Positions 1 through 9,194 are shown, numbered from the stretch's first letter. The stretch is DNA of 29,129 nt from an uncultured Nitrososphaerota archaeon (GCA_964636085.1 CAZWPQ010000018.1:1-29129), one strand, 5' to 3'. Made by a program: numbers and translations. Notes: a model not told the origin generated them from the letters alone.

Positions 1-1146
1 TCTTAGGTTTCCCTTTGTGGATATTGCTTTTAGTATTATTTTTTCTGCCCTAGCCAGCTTGGCTGGATGTCGGTTTATTGTCTCAACGGTTATAGGGATT
101 ATATCTAATCCATTTTTTCTTGATTGTTCTTCTGTTAGACCCGCAACTGCTAGGGCTAGCTTTCCAATGATTGTTGAGTATACGGGTAGCACCCCCTCTG
201 TGAATCCTGGTGCTATGTTTCCACCAAATATGTGTAGTGCTGCTACTCTTCCTTCTATAACTGCTATCGTGGAGAAATATGCCTTTGTTGGCGCTCCTGT
301 AAAGAAGGATTTTTTCTGTGCAACATCTCCTACGGCATAAATATCTGGATTGCTTGTCCTCATGTATGCATCAACTATGATATGGCCGTATGGATCAATT
401 TTTAGGCCTGCTTTTTTTGCGAGTTCGGAGTTTGGTGCTATGCCCACAGATACGATGACCACATCTGCTGTGATTTCGGTGCCATCACTAAGTATGACCT
501 TTTCGACTTTTTCGTTTCCCTTAATTTCCTTTACTGATACTCCTAAGTGGAATTTAACTCCCTTGGCTTCCAGCTCTTTTCTTGCCATTTCTCCAAATTC
601 CTTGTCGAATGCTAGGGGGAGGGCCTCATGTAGTATCTCGACTACATGTATCTCCCTACCATTTGCTAGGTCGTCTGCGAATTCCATTCCGACAAATCCA
701 GCACCAATTATCACTATCTTCTTTGCCTGTTTCAGTTCTTTAAAGACATCCTTGAGGGGTTCATATTCTTTGTGTACAAGAATAACATTCCTTAGGTCTA
801 TGCCAGGTATTTTTAGTTTGACAGGTCCTGCACCAGTGGCGATTACGAGTTTATCATATTCTAGTTCTCTCCCATTCTTGGTCCTCAATTTTTTGTTGGC
901 TACATCTATATCAATAACTTCATCTATGATCAAATCGATCCCCATACCTGTGTATATACTATCTTCTATAATGTTATCGTCGACGGATCCTATACTCTCC
1001 ACTATATATGGGACTCCACAGGGTATCGGCTGTTTTTTCGTTCTCCTTACAACCAGCACCTTCTTTTCTGGATGAAGGGCTTTTATCGCGATAGCAGTGG
1101 CTATTCCTCCAGCCCCTCCGCCGATGACTATGGCATCATATTTCAT
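1..1146 (-). CDS. FAD-dependent pyridine nucleotide-disulfide oxidoreductase (CoA-disulfide reductase/NADH oxidase family); 3' end lies outside the window
   Basis: Not in the ORF track. Minus-strand translation from ATG 1146 (alternative ATG 1152) gives MKYDAIVIGGGAGGIATA (FAD GxGxxG), PCGVPY (redox Cys), LVIATGA, IIGAGFVGMEFA (NADH site) and IYAVGDVA. Confidence 0.9.
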   Translation of the reverse strand, partial: MKYDAIVIGGGAGGIATAIAIKALHPEKKVLVVRRTKKQPIPCGVPYIVESIGSVDDNIIEDSIYTGMGIDLIIDEVIDIDVANKKLRTKNGRELEYDKLVIATGAGPVKLKIPGIDLRNVILVHKEYEPLKDVFKELKQAKKIVIIGAGFVGMEFADDLANGREIHVVEILHEALPLAFDKEFGEMARKELEAKGVKFHLGVSVKEIKGNEKVEKVILSDGTEITADVVIVSVGIAPNSELAKKAGLKIDPYGHIIVDAYMRTSNPDIYAVGDVAQKKSFFTGAPTKAYFSTIAVIEGRVAALHIFGGNIAPGFTEGVLPVYSTIIGKLALAVAGLTEEQSRKNGLDIIPITVETINRHPAKLARAEKIILKAISTKGNLR

Positions 1147-1294
1147 TATCATCCCCAAAATACTAGGATTTATAGGATAAATAACTGTTTCGGAATGTAT
1201 TTAGAAAATACACCCAATGTCCACAAAATCCTTCCCACGTTTTAATAGTCTTGATTTAAATTCTGGTATCTGGTTCTAAATATTAGTGATTCTT

Positions 1295-1861
1295 ATGGTG
1301 GACAAGGAGAAAATCAAGAAAGCAGTTAGGATGATACTGGAGGCACTGGGGGAGGATCCCGATAGACCTGGACTTAGGGGGACCCCCCAACGCATAGCGG
1401 ACATGTATGAGGAGCTATTCTCTGGTTACGAAAATAATGATGAGCCCATATATTTTGAGGAGTATGCAAATGTCGTTATATGCAAAAATATAAGATTCTA
1501 TTCTATGTGTGAGCACCACATACTACCATTCTACGGTACCGTGGATATTGTTTACATTCCCAACAATAGGAGGGTTATCGGTATTTCGAAAATCGTTAGG
1601 ATCGTCCAGAAGTATGCTAGACGACTTCAAATCCAAGAGAGGCTAACCAACCAAATCGCGGACGAGATCTATAACTGTGAGCATAAACCCAAGGGAGTCC
1701 TAGTGATTACTAGAGCGAAACATATGTGTATGATTATAAGAGGAGTAAAAAACCCAAGTACAATAATATCTGTTGCGTATAGAGGAGTATTCGAGAACAA
1801 TAGGGATCTGGTCAATCAAGCATATTTACTCCTGTCCCACAGAGCCTCCTCAAGGATATAG
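1295..1861 (+). CDS. folE: GTP cyclohydrolase I (FolE)
   Basis: GEDPDRPGLRGTPQRIADMY, SMCEHHILPF, GISKIVR, RRLQIQERLT and HMCM motifs. Alternative start GTG 1286. Confidence 0.95.
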   Translation: MVDKEKIKKAVRMILEALGEDPDRPGLRGTPQRIADMYEELFSGYENNDEPIYFEEYANVVICKNIRFYSMCEHHILPFYGTVDIVYIPNNRRVIGISKIVRIVQKYARRLQIQERLTNQIADEIYNCEHKPKGVLVITRAKHMCMIIRGVKNPSTIISVAYRGVFENNRDLVNQAYLLLSHRASSRI

Positions 1862-1876
1862 AATGGTCAGCATAAC

Positions 1877-2356
1877 ATGCTTCATAATAAAATCAGCAGA
1901 GAGTATCCACCCATACCACTAATCTCTGTAGGTGTCTTGCTATACGATAAAAAGACCAATAGAATTCTTTTAATTAAGAGAGGTAACCCGCCTGGAAAGG
2001 GTAAATATAGCATACCGGGTGGATTAGTAGAACTGGGGGAAAGTTTGAAAGAAGCCGCGATAAGAGAGGTAAAGGAGGAAACATCAATAGATTGCAGAAT
2101 ATTGGGTATAATCCACATAGACGAGATCATAGTGAGGGATGAACATAATAGAGTCAGGTGGCACTATGTTCTAATAGATTTTCTTGGAGAGCCCTTGACC
2201 CTTAACGCGAAACCATCGAGCGATGCTAAAAGCGCCATCTGGGTAGGTATTGATGAGGCATTAAGAATGAATTTGACTTCTTCGGCAAGAAGACTAATTG
2301 AAAAGATTAGTAGATGTATCTTGGATAGAAATCTTGAGAAAATACTACTGACCTAG
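1877..2356 (+). CDS. Nudix hydrolase (ADP-ribose pyrophosphatase-like)
   Basis: Nudix box PGGLVELGESLKEAAIREVKEET; family motifs REYPPIP and HYVLIDF. Confidence 0.92.
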   Translation: MLHNKISREYPPIPLISVGVLLYDKKTNRILLIKRGNPPGKGKYSIPGGLVELGESLKEAAIREVKEETSIDCRILGIIHIDEIIVRDEHNRVRWHYVLIDFLGEPLTLNAKPSSDAKSAIWVGIDEALRMNLTSSARRLIEKISRCILDRNLEKILLT

Positions 2357-3087
2357 GGAGTAAAGATTAAAATCTCTGAGACTTTTTCTTCGCTTACATT
2401 TAGTCTATATATACGCATCCTTATCCTCTTATTCCACTCCAAAATGGAGAAAAATGATACATCTCTAAGCGCTCCCCTATTGGATATTCCCCCCACTTTC
2501 AAGATTATAGAATCCTTATAAGTCATCATGTTTGGGAACGTATGAAGATGGCCCCCTATAAATATTATAGGATTTAGCTCATCAACCACTCTTCTTAGTA
2601 CCAGTTGACCACAATGCTTATTGCCTCTGCATATATCTGCAAGACCATAGGGCATTTCATGTGAGAGGATTATATCAATTTTATCTCCTTTGTACATATC
2701 GATTATTCTCTCTACTTGATGATCTCTCCAATGACTCCATTTTTTCCCCGATCCTCTATTCCCCCCAAGTCCTAGTATTGTTATGTCTCCTAGATTACAT
2801 CTCGCACCAAGTGATAGGAGTCTAATTCCATTCAAATTGGTGATTTCTGCATTCTTAACAGCTTTTCTTATTATTTCTGGCTCGTGGTTCCCATATGTTG
2901 AGATCCCTATGATACCATTTTCTCTAATTATTTTTGCAACCCTTAGTACGCTCTCATTTTTTTCTCCATAATCCCCCGTGATTAGTGCATATGATACATC
3001 AACAAAAATGTCCTTGGCTATTGAGAATATCATCTCTACACGATCTATGCAATCATGTATATCTCCAAATATGACAAACTTCATCAT
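2353..3087 (-). CDS. Calcineurin-like metallophosphoesterase
   Basis: GDIH, TGD, GNHE, SHEMP and GHLH metal-binding motifs. Start could be GTG 3093. Confidence 0.9.
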   Translation of the reverse strand: MMKFVIFGDIHDCIDRVEMIFSIAKDIFVDVSYALITGDYGEKNESVLRVAKIIRENGIIGISTYGNHEPEIIRKAVKNAEITNLNGIRLLSLGARCNLGDITILGLGGNRGSGKKWSHWRDHQVERIIDMYKGDKIDIILSHEMPYGLADICRGNKHCGQLVLRRVVDELNPIIFIGGHLHTFPNMMTYKDSIILKVGGISNRGALRDVSFFSILEWNKRIRMRIYRLNVSEEKVSEILIFTP

Positions 3088-3092
3088 CAACA

Positions 3093-3506
3093 CTACAGGG
3101 ACTTAAATATTCTTGCAATGGTGTCTGGGCGTATCCTTATCTCCAAATCGAGTATGTATCCAAAGGGAGTAACATGGACATCTAGTCCCTTAGACTCAAG
3201 CTTATGCTTGGCTGTTTCTATTATCTTTTTGGCGCATTCCGGATCCCCCTTGTCTTCCGAGAGGTGCGCGAATGAATGCAAAATTATCTTATTTATTCCA
3301 GTCTTTCTAGACAACCAGGATACATTATTTACGAGCTTTCTGACGAGCTTGTTTATTCTATCTACATCTTGGCTTTCCACATGGATAAGAGCCATGATGC
3401 AATCATCTAACTCAAATGTCTGCCCGACTATTGAGTCGTCATATCCCGAAGTTGGTGTTGCTACGCGATACCATACTCTCTTTAGGCACAACATCAACAG
3501 CTTCAA
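3093..3506 (-). CDS. Free-standing archaeal-type threonyl-tRNA synthetase editing-domain protein (DTD-like fold)
   Basis: MKLLML start, IHVE, IILHSFAHLS and TPFGY motifs; 137 aa with no catalytic or anticodon-binding domain. Confidence 0.8.
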   Translation of the reverse strand: MKLLMLCLKRVWYRVATPTSGYDDSIVGQTFELDDCIMALIHVESQDVDRINKLVRKLVNNVSWLSRKTGINKIILHSFAHLSEDKGDPECAKKIIETAKHKLESKGLDVHVTPFGYILDLEIRIRPDTIARIFKSL

Positions 3507-3697
3507 CTATAACACCGAAGGTACGAATCATGTATACAATCTCCTAAACTAAAATGATTTATAATGAGGACATAATAACCCTGTTATCTTGACAGGGTCT
3601 TGTTAATGTTGGAGATCCATCGACCCAGATTCTTTTTCCAATAATATTCACATTGTCAAAAAATCCACAAAAAATAATAAGTCATTCTTGGGTTGTT

Positions 3698-3979
3698 TTA
3701 TTCCTCCAGAATTTCCTCTACTTCCTTCTTTCCTTTCTCCAACTCTTCCTCTTGTTCTTTATCCAGCGTCAGTAGCAATGTGAGTAATTCCCCAACATGG
3801 GTCTTTTCTTCCCTAGCTATGTCGAGTAGGACCTTCTTTATTGCTGTATTATCAGTGGAGTCAGCAAGTTGTTCATATAGACTTATCGCATCCAACTCCG
3901 CAATAATGGCTGCACGCAGAATTTCCCTGTCTATATTCTCCTGTTTTAACCTACCAGGAAGTATCGGGATTTCAGACAT
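3698..3979 (-). CDS. Small ferritin-like protein (encapsulated-ferritin/rubrerythrin-like)
   Basis: RAAIIAELDAISLYEQ...IAREEKTHVGE di-iron motifs. Alternative start ATG 3994. Confidence 0.88.
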   Translation of the reverse strand: MSEIPILPGRLKQENIDREILRAAIIAELDAISLYEQLADSTDNTAIKKVLLDIAREEKTHVGELLTLLLTLDKEQEEELEKGKKEVEEILEE

Positions 3980-4238
3980 CACACCACACACCATTGAAGC
4001 AATTGTTAATAATGAGAATACTACGATATAAAAGTAATACCTATTTTGCGAAACTCATGTTTTTTGACAAGAGATCGGATTTTGATCTTTTATGGGAAAA
4101 ACGGCCCGATCTTGCATGATAACGTTAAATAATACATAATTTTTCATATATATAATATACACGACCAAATTCCCTCCATTTTAGACCACTTCAGAGGAGC
4201 ATGCTGTCCAGCAATATGTTGTTGTTCACGTGATTAGT

Positions 4239-5930
4239 ATGAGGAAGATTTATGTAATAGATCCTTCGGGCGTTATTATTGGTTGTTATCCACAAGAAGA
4301 AAAGGCTGAACTCGTTGGAAGTCTTGTTCATGCACTATCTATGTTCTCTAAAGAGATTTTAAGGATGGAGATCTCAGAGGTGAGGATGGGGCACTACTAT
4401 ATGCTCATAGGAAAGACAAAGAAGGATTTAAGGGTTGCCATAATATCCCCAGTAAAGGAGAAGCAACTACTGGAGAGAGCAGTAAACGAGCTTGACGTCT
4501 CCTTTAAAGATGTCGAGATAACTCCTGGACTCGTGACCGACGACATTACCAAAATAGCTGAGGAATCATTAAAGAGGGTATTTGAGGAGATCCCACCAAT
4601 GGATATTATTGATAAGATAATAAACTATGCGTTAGAGACCCCAAGAAAAGCGCCGCCAAGCTGGATTGGCCATTGTAGGGATCTCATCAAGAAGGCTACC
4701 ATGGACTTCGAGAAAAAGATTCGAAGTGCCCTAAAGAGGAGAAAAATTAGTGAACGCTATCTTAGGATGACAATACATAGGTTACTTGTTAGGGATTTTG
4801 TGGGGGCTTGGAAAGCAGCATTAAAGTCTGGGAGTAAGGTTGCTATTCTCCATACATCCATATCGTTAGCGCGTGTCAACCCAAGGATTGATGGTCTATT
4901 CTTAAGAAAATACATTGACTCTGTTGAGGATGACTTAATGAGGAGATATATTGAGCTTCGTTACAAATCATTTATCGATTTGAACCCGCATTATCATATG
5001 ACATTCAAGGAAATAGCAGAGCTGAGCAATAAACTATTGGAGCGCGCTGAAGCCGATGATGAGTGCTTGATACTATATTTGCCGCTATCTATGGCTAGAC
5101 CGAAGAGGCTGGAGGAAATGCTTCCACTTGAAGAAAGGTTGTCCCATGATTTCTACATGTACTATGCAAAGCTTAAGCATGAGGCCGAGGCGCATAGGGA
5201 GAGTACTGAGGCTTTGAAAAAATTTGCTGGGCTGTGTAGAGAATTCTACATGGATCTCGCGAAGAAAATATCCTATAAGTCCCCAGTATATCTTTTACTT
5301 ATAGCTAATACCCTTGGGGGTATACTGACCATTGTGGAGATGAGTGAGAACTCACAGATATTCGCTAGGGAGTTCCTAGAGAGCATTACTCCGTTCATCG
5401 ATAACATTATTCGAAGCTTGATACATAATGCTTGGAAGAGAATAAGTATTCACCAAATAATGGCACTATTCACATCAATGATTGAACTCGCGATAATGTC
5501 TGGGGATGAAAGCTTAAAGAGCAGAGTACTTAGCATGCTGAATAGGGCTAGGAACATCATATTGAGAACAATAGCATACATAATACTGAGGAAAAAAATC
5601 AATATTTTCGTACTCGGATATATCGCATTACTAACAGCACTAGCCCCACTATTAGGGGATGATGAGCTAACATCAATCCTATTCTTCTCGCACCCCATTA
5701 TATCTCATGAAGACCTAGAGAAGTTAATGCTAAATAGACCAGAGCATGGGATTGGGATATCTACACTCCTACATATAGGAAGTCTAATGTATAAAAAATA
5801 TTATCTAAACAGGGATATAGAACGCCCAGCACTGGAAATAGCGGAGCTCGGCATCGAAGAAATTGAAAGAAGAGTAGGCGAGGAGGAAACAAGAGTTTCT
5901 AGATGGCTACTTAGGAAGCTAAGCGATTGA
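4239..5930 (+). CDS. Hypothetical protein with N-terminal longin/roadblock-like domain and a long alpha-helical C-terminal region
   Basis: Long ORF (alternative GTG 4230). N-terminus IYVIDPSGVII...LVGSLVHALSMFSKEI...ISEVRMG...LRVAII follows the longin-like beta-beta-alpha-beta-beta-beta pattern of Asgard proteins. Confidence 0.6.
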   Translation: MRKIYVIDPSGVIIGCYPQEEKAELVGSLVHALSMFSKEILRMEISEVRMGHYYMLIGKTKKDLRVAIISPVKEKQLLERAVNELDVSFKDVEITPGLVTDDITKIAEESLKRVFEEIPPMDIIDKIINYALETPRKAPPSWIGHCRDLIKKATMDFEKKIRSALKRRKISERYLRMTIHRLLVRDFVGAWKAALKSGSKVAILHTSISLARVNPRIDGLFLRKYIDSVEDDLMRRYIELRYKSFIDLNPHYHMTFKEIAELSNKLLERAEADDECLILYLPLSMARPKRLEEMLPLEERLSHDFYMYYAKLKHEAEAHRESTEALKKFAGLCREFYMDLAKKISYKSPVYLLLIANTLGGILTIVEMSENSQIFAREFLESITPFIDNIIRSLIHNAWKRISIHQIMALFTSMIELAIMSGDESLKSRVLSMLNRARNIILRTIAYIILRKKINIFVLGYIALLTALAPLLGDDELTSILFFSHPIISHEDLEKLMLNRPEHGIGISTLLHIGSLMYKKYYLNRDIERPALEIAELGIEEIERRVGEEETRVSRWLLRKLSD

Positions 5931-6000
5931 CCTCCTTCCCACACCTTAGTGCAGGGAATCCTAAAGATCCTCGTGGGGTTCAGCTACCACTCAGGAAACT
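5927..6000 (-). mobile_element. Probable IS200/IS605-family right-end remnant (non-autonomous; TnpB omega-RNA 3'-scaffold-like)
   Basis: Minus strand reads ...GGATTCCCTGCACTAAGGTGTGGGAAGGAGGTCAA: subterminal hairpin (5936-5958) followed by GGAGG-TCAA, the usual right-end layout. Left boundary is approximate; no tnpA/tnpB in the window. Confidence 0.45.
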
Positions 6001-6099
6001 TCTCCCGGGAATATTGAAGAGATAAGTTGGATGAGCAGAAAAATTAAGGATACTACTTAGTTCGATTATAAAAAAAGACAACAAAAATCGAGCGAGAGT

Positions 6100-8160
6100 C
6101 TACCCAGGGAGCAAGAAGGTCAGGGATAAGATACCAAACCAGTACATGGTTAAAATACCCATCAATAATATCAACCCGACTCCAAACACCGCCATGTAGT
6201 GGTTTATGTGGCCAGTCTGGATCCTGCCTAGCAATCTACTCAACTTCCTGAATGCGGGCCTAAATCCCTCCACGATCCTATCCACACCACGTAGGTCAAT
6301 TTTGGCCATGAGGCTAGCTAAGCATGTGCCAAAATTATAGAATCCCTCATAGAAACGGTCAATTATATTCTTATCTATCCAAGCACATATTCTCGACAAG
6401 CCTATGCCGAATACATAGTAGGCAAACTTATCATAGGCTACATCGATAAATGTGCCCTCTTGGAATACTTTCTGGATCTTCATTAGGGCTGGATACTTTG
6501 AGAAATCAACCCTTTTTATGTAATAAATGTATGCCATCAGGGCAATATTCAAGATACCCAGACCCAACGTAAGGGCCGCTATTAGTGTATGAGATAATAA
6601 ACCATGACTTGATTCCGCCAGCGTATGTATTGTCGCATGAGGAGCAGATGTTACCTTCTCCACAAGTATGAGACCTATTGGTTTCCACGCGCCCTCATAT
6701 TTCATAGGAATACCCCAAAGTAATGCCCCAGCAGCCAATATTGCTACGGGTATCGTCATTACGAACGGCATCTCATGAGCATGCTTCGCTTCCTCACTTC
6801 TAGGTTCACCAAAGAATATCAGGAAGAACCACCTAAATATGTAAAGGGCCCCAGCAATCGCGGCTATAAAACCTAGTATAAACAATACCCAGTCACCAGT
6901 AGCAGATACACTTGCAAGGATCTCATCCTTGCTCCAGAATCCGCCAAATGGGGCTATACCAGATATTGCTAGTGAACCAAATATCGCCAACCACATAGTG
7001 AATTTCATTCTATCCTTTATACCGCCTAATTTATGTAGATCCCTTATATCATGAGTGGCATGAAGAACACATCCAGAGACAAGGAATAATTCTGCTTTGA
7101 AGAAAGCATGATTTAGAAGGTGAAGCAGAGCGGCGGTGAAGGCAGTATCGCTATGTATACCAGTACCTAGGGCAAGCATTAATAAACCAAGATGAGATAT
7201 TGTGGAGTATGCCAGGACACCCTTTATATCATTATTAATTATCGCCACAAGGCCTGCGAAAGCCGCTGTTATCCCGCCAATATATGCAACTACAGTAAGT
7301 GGATGAACGCCCCATAATGGTGATGCATTTTCAAAAACCGGATATATCCTAGCAACTAGGAATACTCCCGCCTTTACCATTGTGGCAGCGTGTATAAGTG
7401 CCGATACTGTTGTGGGACCCTCCATAGCCCATGGCAACCATGTGAATAATGGTATCTGTGCACTTTTCCCTATAGCTCCTGCGAATGCACATAGCGCTAT
7501 AGCCGCCATTGCCGTTCCAGATATTGCTCCCTCTATCATTGCTTTTTGATTTAGTAGAGGTATGTCCAGTGTGTGTGCCTTTAAAAATGATATTATTACT
7601 GCCGCGTATAGTCCTATATCGCCTAGTCTCGTGGTTATGAATGCCTTTTTTGCTGCTTTTGCTGCTTCTGGTTTCCACCACCAGTATCCTATTAGTAGAT
7701 ATGAGCATAGTCCTACTCCCTCCCATGCGATTAACAGTTGTACTAGGCTATATGAGAGTACTAGGAGCAACATGAATGCCACGAATAGTGCCATTTCGAA
7801 GAAGTACCTTGGCCATGCCAATGGACTTCTTTCTCTGTCATGGCTCATGTATTCTAGTGAGTATATCATTATTAGGGTGCCTATAAAGGATACTATGAAC
7901 GCCATGAACATCGATAGTTTGTCTGCGTATATTCCGAAGTTTATCTCTAGATCTCCATATTTTATCCATGTCATCACTCCTTGCCACTGTTTGCCATCCA
8001 GTACCTCCATTAGACCCCCTATTGATAGAATTGTTGATATTGCCCCCGCAGCTATGGCTAGAAGTGCACCTGCATATGCTTTCTTTGCTTCAAGTATAAC
8101 AATAAATGGTAGGGACAAGAATAGGACTATAGGTATTAGCCATGATAGTTCTAGGAACAT
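6100..8160 (-). CDS. nuoL: NADH:quinone oxidoreductase subunit L-like antiporter subunit (NuoL/ND5)
   Basis: WEGVGLCSYLLIG, AFITTRLGD, GKSAQIPLFTWLPWAMEGPTTVSALIHAATMVKAG, HAFFKA and GFWSKDEI, plus C-terminal lateral helix and last TM. Confidence 0.93.
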   Translation of the reverse strand: MFLELSWLIPIVLFLSLPFIVILEAKKAYAGALLAIAAGAISTILSIGGLMEVLDGKQWQGVMTWIKYGDLEINFGIYADKLSMFMAFIVSFIGTLIMIYSLEYMSHDRERSPLAWPRYFFEMALFVAFMLLLVLSYSLVQLLIAWEGVGLCSYLLIGYWWWKPEAAKAAKKAFITTRLGDIGLYAAVIISFLKAHTLDIPLLNQKAMIEGAISGTAMAAIALCAFAGAIGKSAQIPLFTWLPWAMEGPTTVSALIHAATMVKAGVFLVARIYPVFENASPLWGVHPLTVVAYIGGITAAFAGLVAIINNDIKGVLAYSTISHLGLLMLALGTGIHSDTAFTAALLHLLNHAFFKAELFLVSGCVLHATHDIRDLHKLGGIKDRMKFTMWLAIFGSLAISGIAPFGGFWSKDEILASVSATGDWVLFILGFIAAIAGALYIFRWFFLIFFGEPRSEEAKHAHEMPFVMTIPVAILAAGALLWGIPMKYEGAWKPIGLILVEKVTSAPHATIHTLAESSHGLLSHTLIAALTLGLGILNIALMAYIYYIKRVDFSKYPALMKIQKVFQEGTFIDVAYDKFAYYVFGIGLSRICAWIDKNIIDRFYEGFYNFGTCLASLMAKIDLRGVDRIVEGFRPAFRKLSRLLGRIQTGHINHYMAVFGVGLILLMGILTMYWFGILSLTFLLPG

Positions 8161-8426
8161 TTCTATTCTACCTGTCGCACCAGTTATTATTTGAATAAAC
8201 CATTAAAAATTTCCATGTATTTACAGATCTCAACGGGATTTTAATGCTTATTCTGTTGAAGACCTTTAATAGGGATGCATGACTCATGTAACATTGTAGA
8301 TTGTATGCGGATTCACTGGACTAAAAGAATCAAATTTTTTGATATATTTTGGTTAAATTAGTAGAGTACCTAAAAACAAGTAGGATGTCTTTCACAAACC
8401 ATCATGTACTTGGAGGGATCATTTTG

Positions 8427-9194
8427 ATGGAGAATGAGCATATTGGGGTAATTGGGGGAAGTGGTTTCTATAGGCTTTTGGGTATGGAGAATGCGAGGGA
8501 TATCTTTGTGGACACACCATTCGGCAAAGTAAAGGTTACCGTGGGAAATATTGACGGTAAAAATGTTGCATTCATAGCTAGACATGGAGAAAAACATACT
8601 TTACCTCCCCACCTCATAAATTATAGGGCCAATGTCTTCGCCATGTATAAATTGGGTGTCAGAAAAGTAATTGCCACTAGTGCTGTTGGTTCCTTGAATA
8701 GCTTATTTAGACCAGGCGACATCCTAATACCGGACCAAATAATTGACTTCACTAAGAGACGAATATACACATTTTTTGATGGAAATTTTAGCGTCAAATT
8801 GCATACTGGTGAAACTAGAGGAGGAGTGTATCATGTTGATGTCACTAGGCCTTACTGCGATGAGTTAAGAGAGTTGATTTATAAGACCGCATTGGATATG
8901 AATTTGCGTGTTCACTATGGCGGTACTTATATATGCACTGAGGGGCCTAGATTCGAGACGCCCGCAGAAATTAAATTCTTCCAGCTAATCGGATGCGATG
9001 TCGTTGGCATGACGAATTCTCCTGAGGTGTTTCTATTTAAAGAACTCGACATATGCTATGCCCTTATATGCCTCATAACTAATTATGCCGCAGGTATGCA
9101 AGAGAGAATTACCCAGGAGGAAGTATTGGAAATGTTTAAACAGCGAGGAAAAGTAATAGCCGAATTGATAATTAGGGTTATCCAGAAGTTGTAA
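8427..9194 (+). CDS. mtnP: 5'-methylthioadenosine/purine nucleoside phosphorylase (PNP/MTAP family)
   Basis: IGVIGGSG, ARHG...PPHLINYRAN, EGPRFETPAE, VVGMT and TNYAAG. ATG 8427 follows GGAGGG. Confidence 0.9.
   Translation: MENEHIGVIGGSGFYRLLGMENARDIFVDTPFGKVKVTVGNIDGKNVAFIARHGEKHTLPPHLINYRANVFAMYKLGVRKVIATSAVGSLNSLFRPGDILIPDQIIDFTKRRIYTFFDGNFSVKLHTGETRGGVYHVDVTRPYCDELRELIYKTALDMNLRVHYGGTYICTEGPRFETPAEIKFFQLIGCDVVGMTNSPEVFLFKELDICYALICLITNYAAGMQERITQEEVLEMFKQRGKVIAELIIRVIQKL

Noticed and set aside
17-1075. Plus-strand ORFs 17-340 and 350-1075
   Set aside because: Antisense shadows of the minus-strand FAD oxidoreductase. The same applies to the other short opposite-strand ORFs over nuoL, rtcB, thiDN and the ATPases.
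6100-8160. DabB-type inorganic carbon pump subunit
   Set aside because: No DabA/DUF2309 neighbour, and a full NuoL lateral helix with terminal TM is present.
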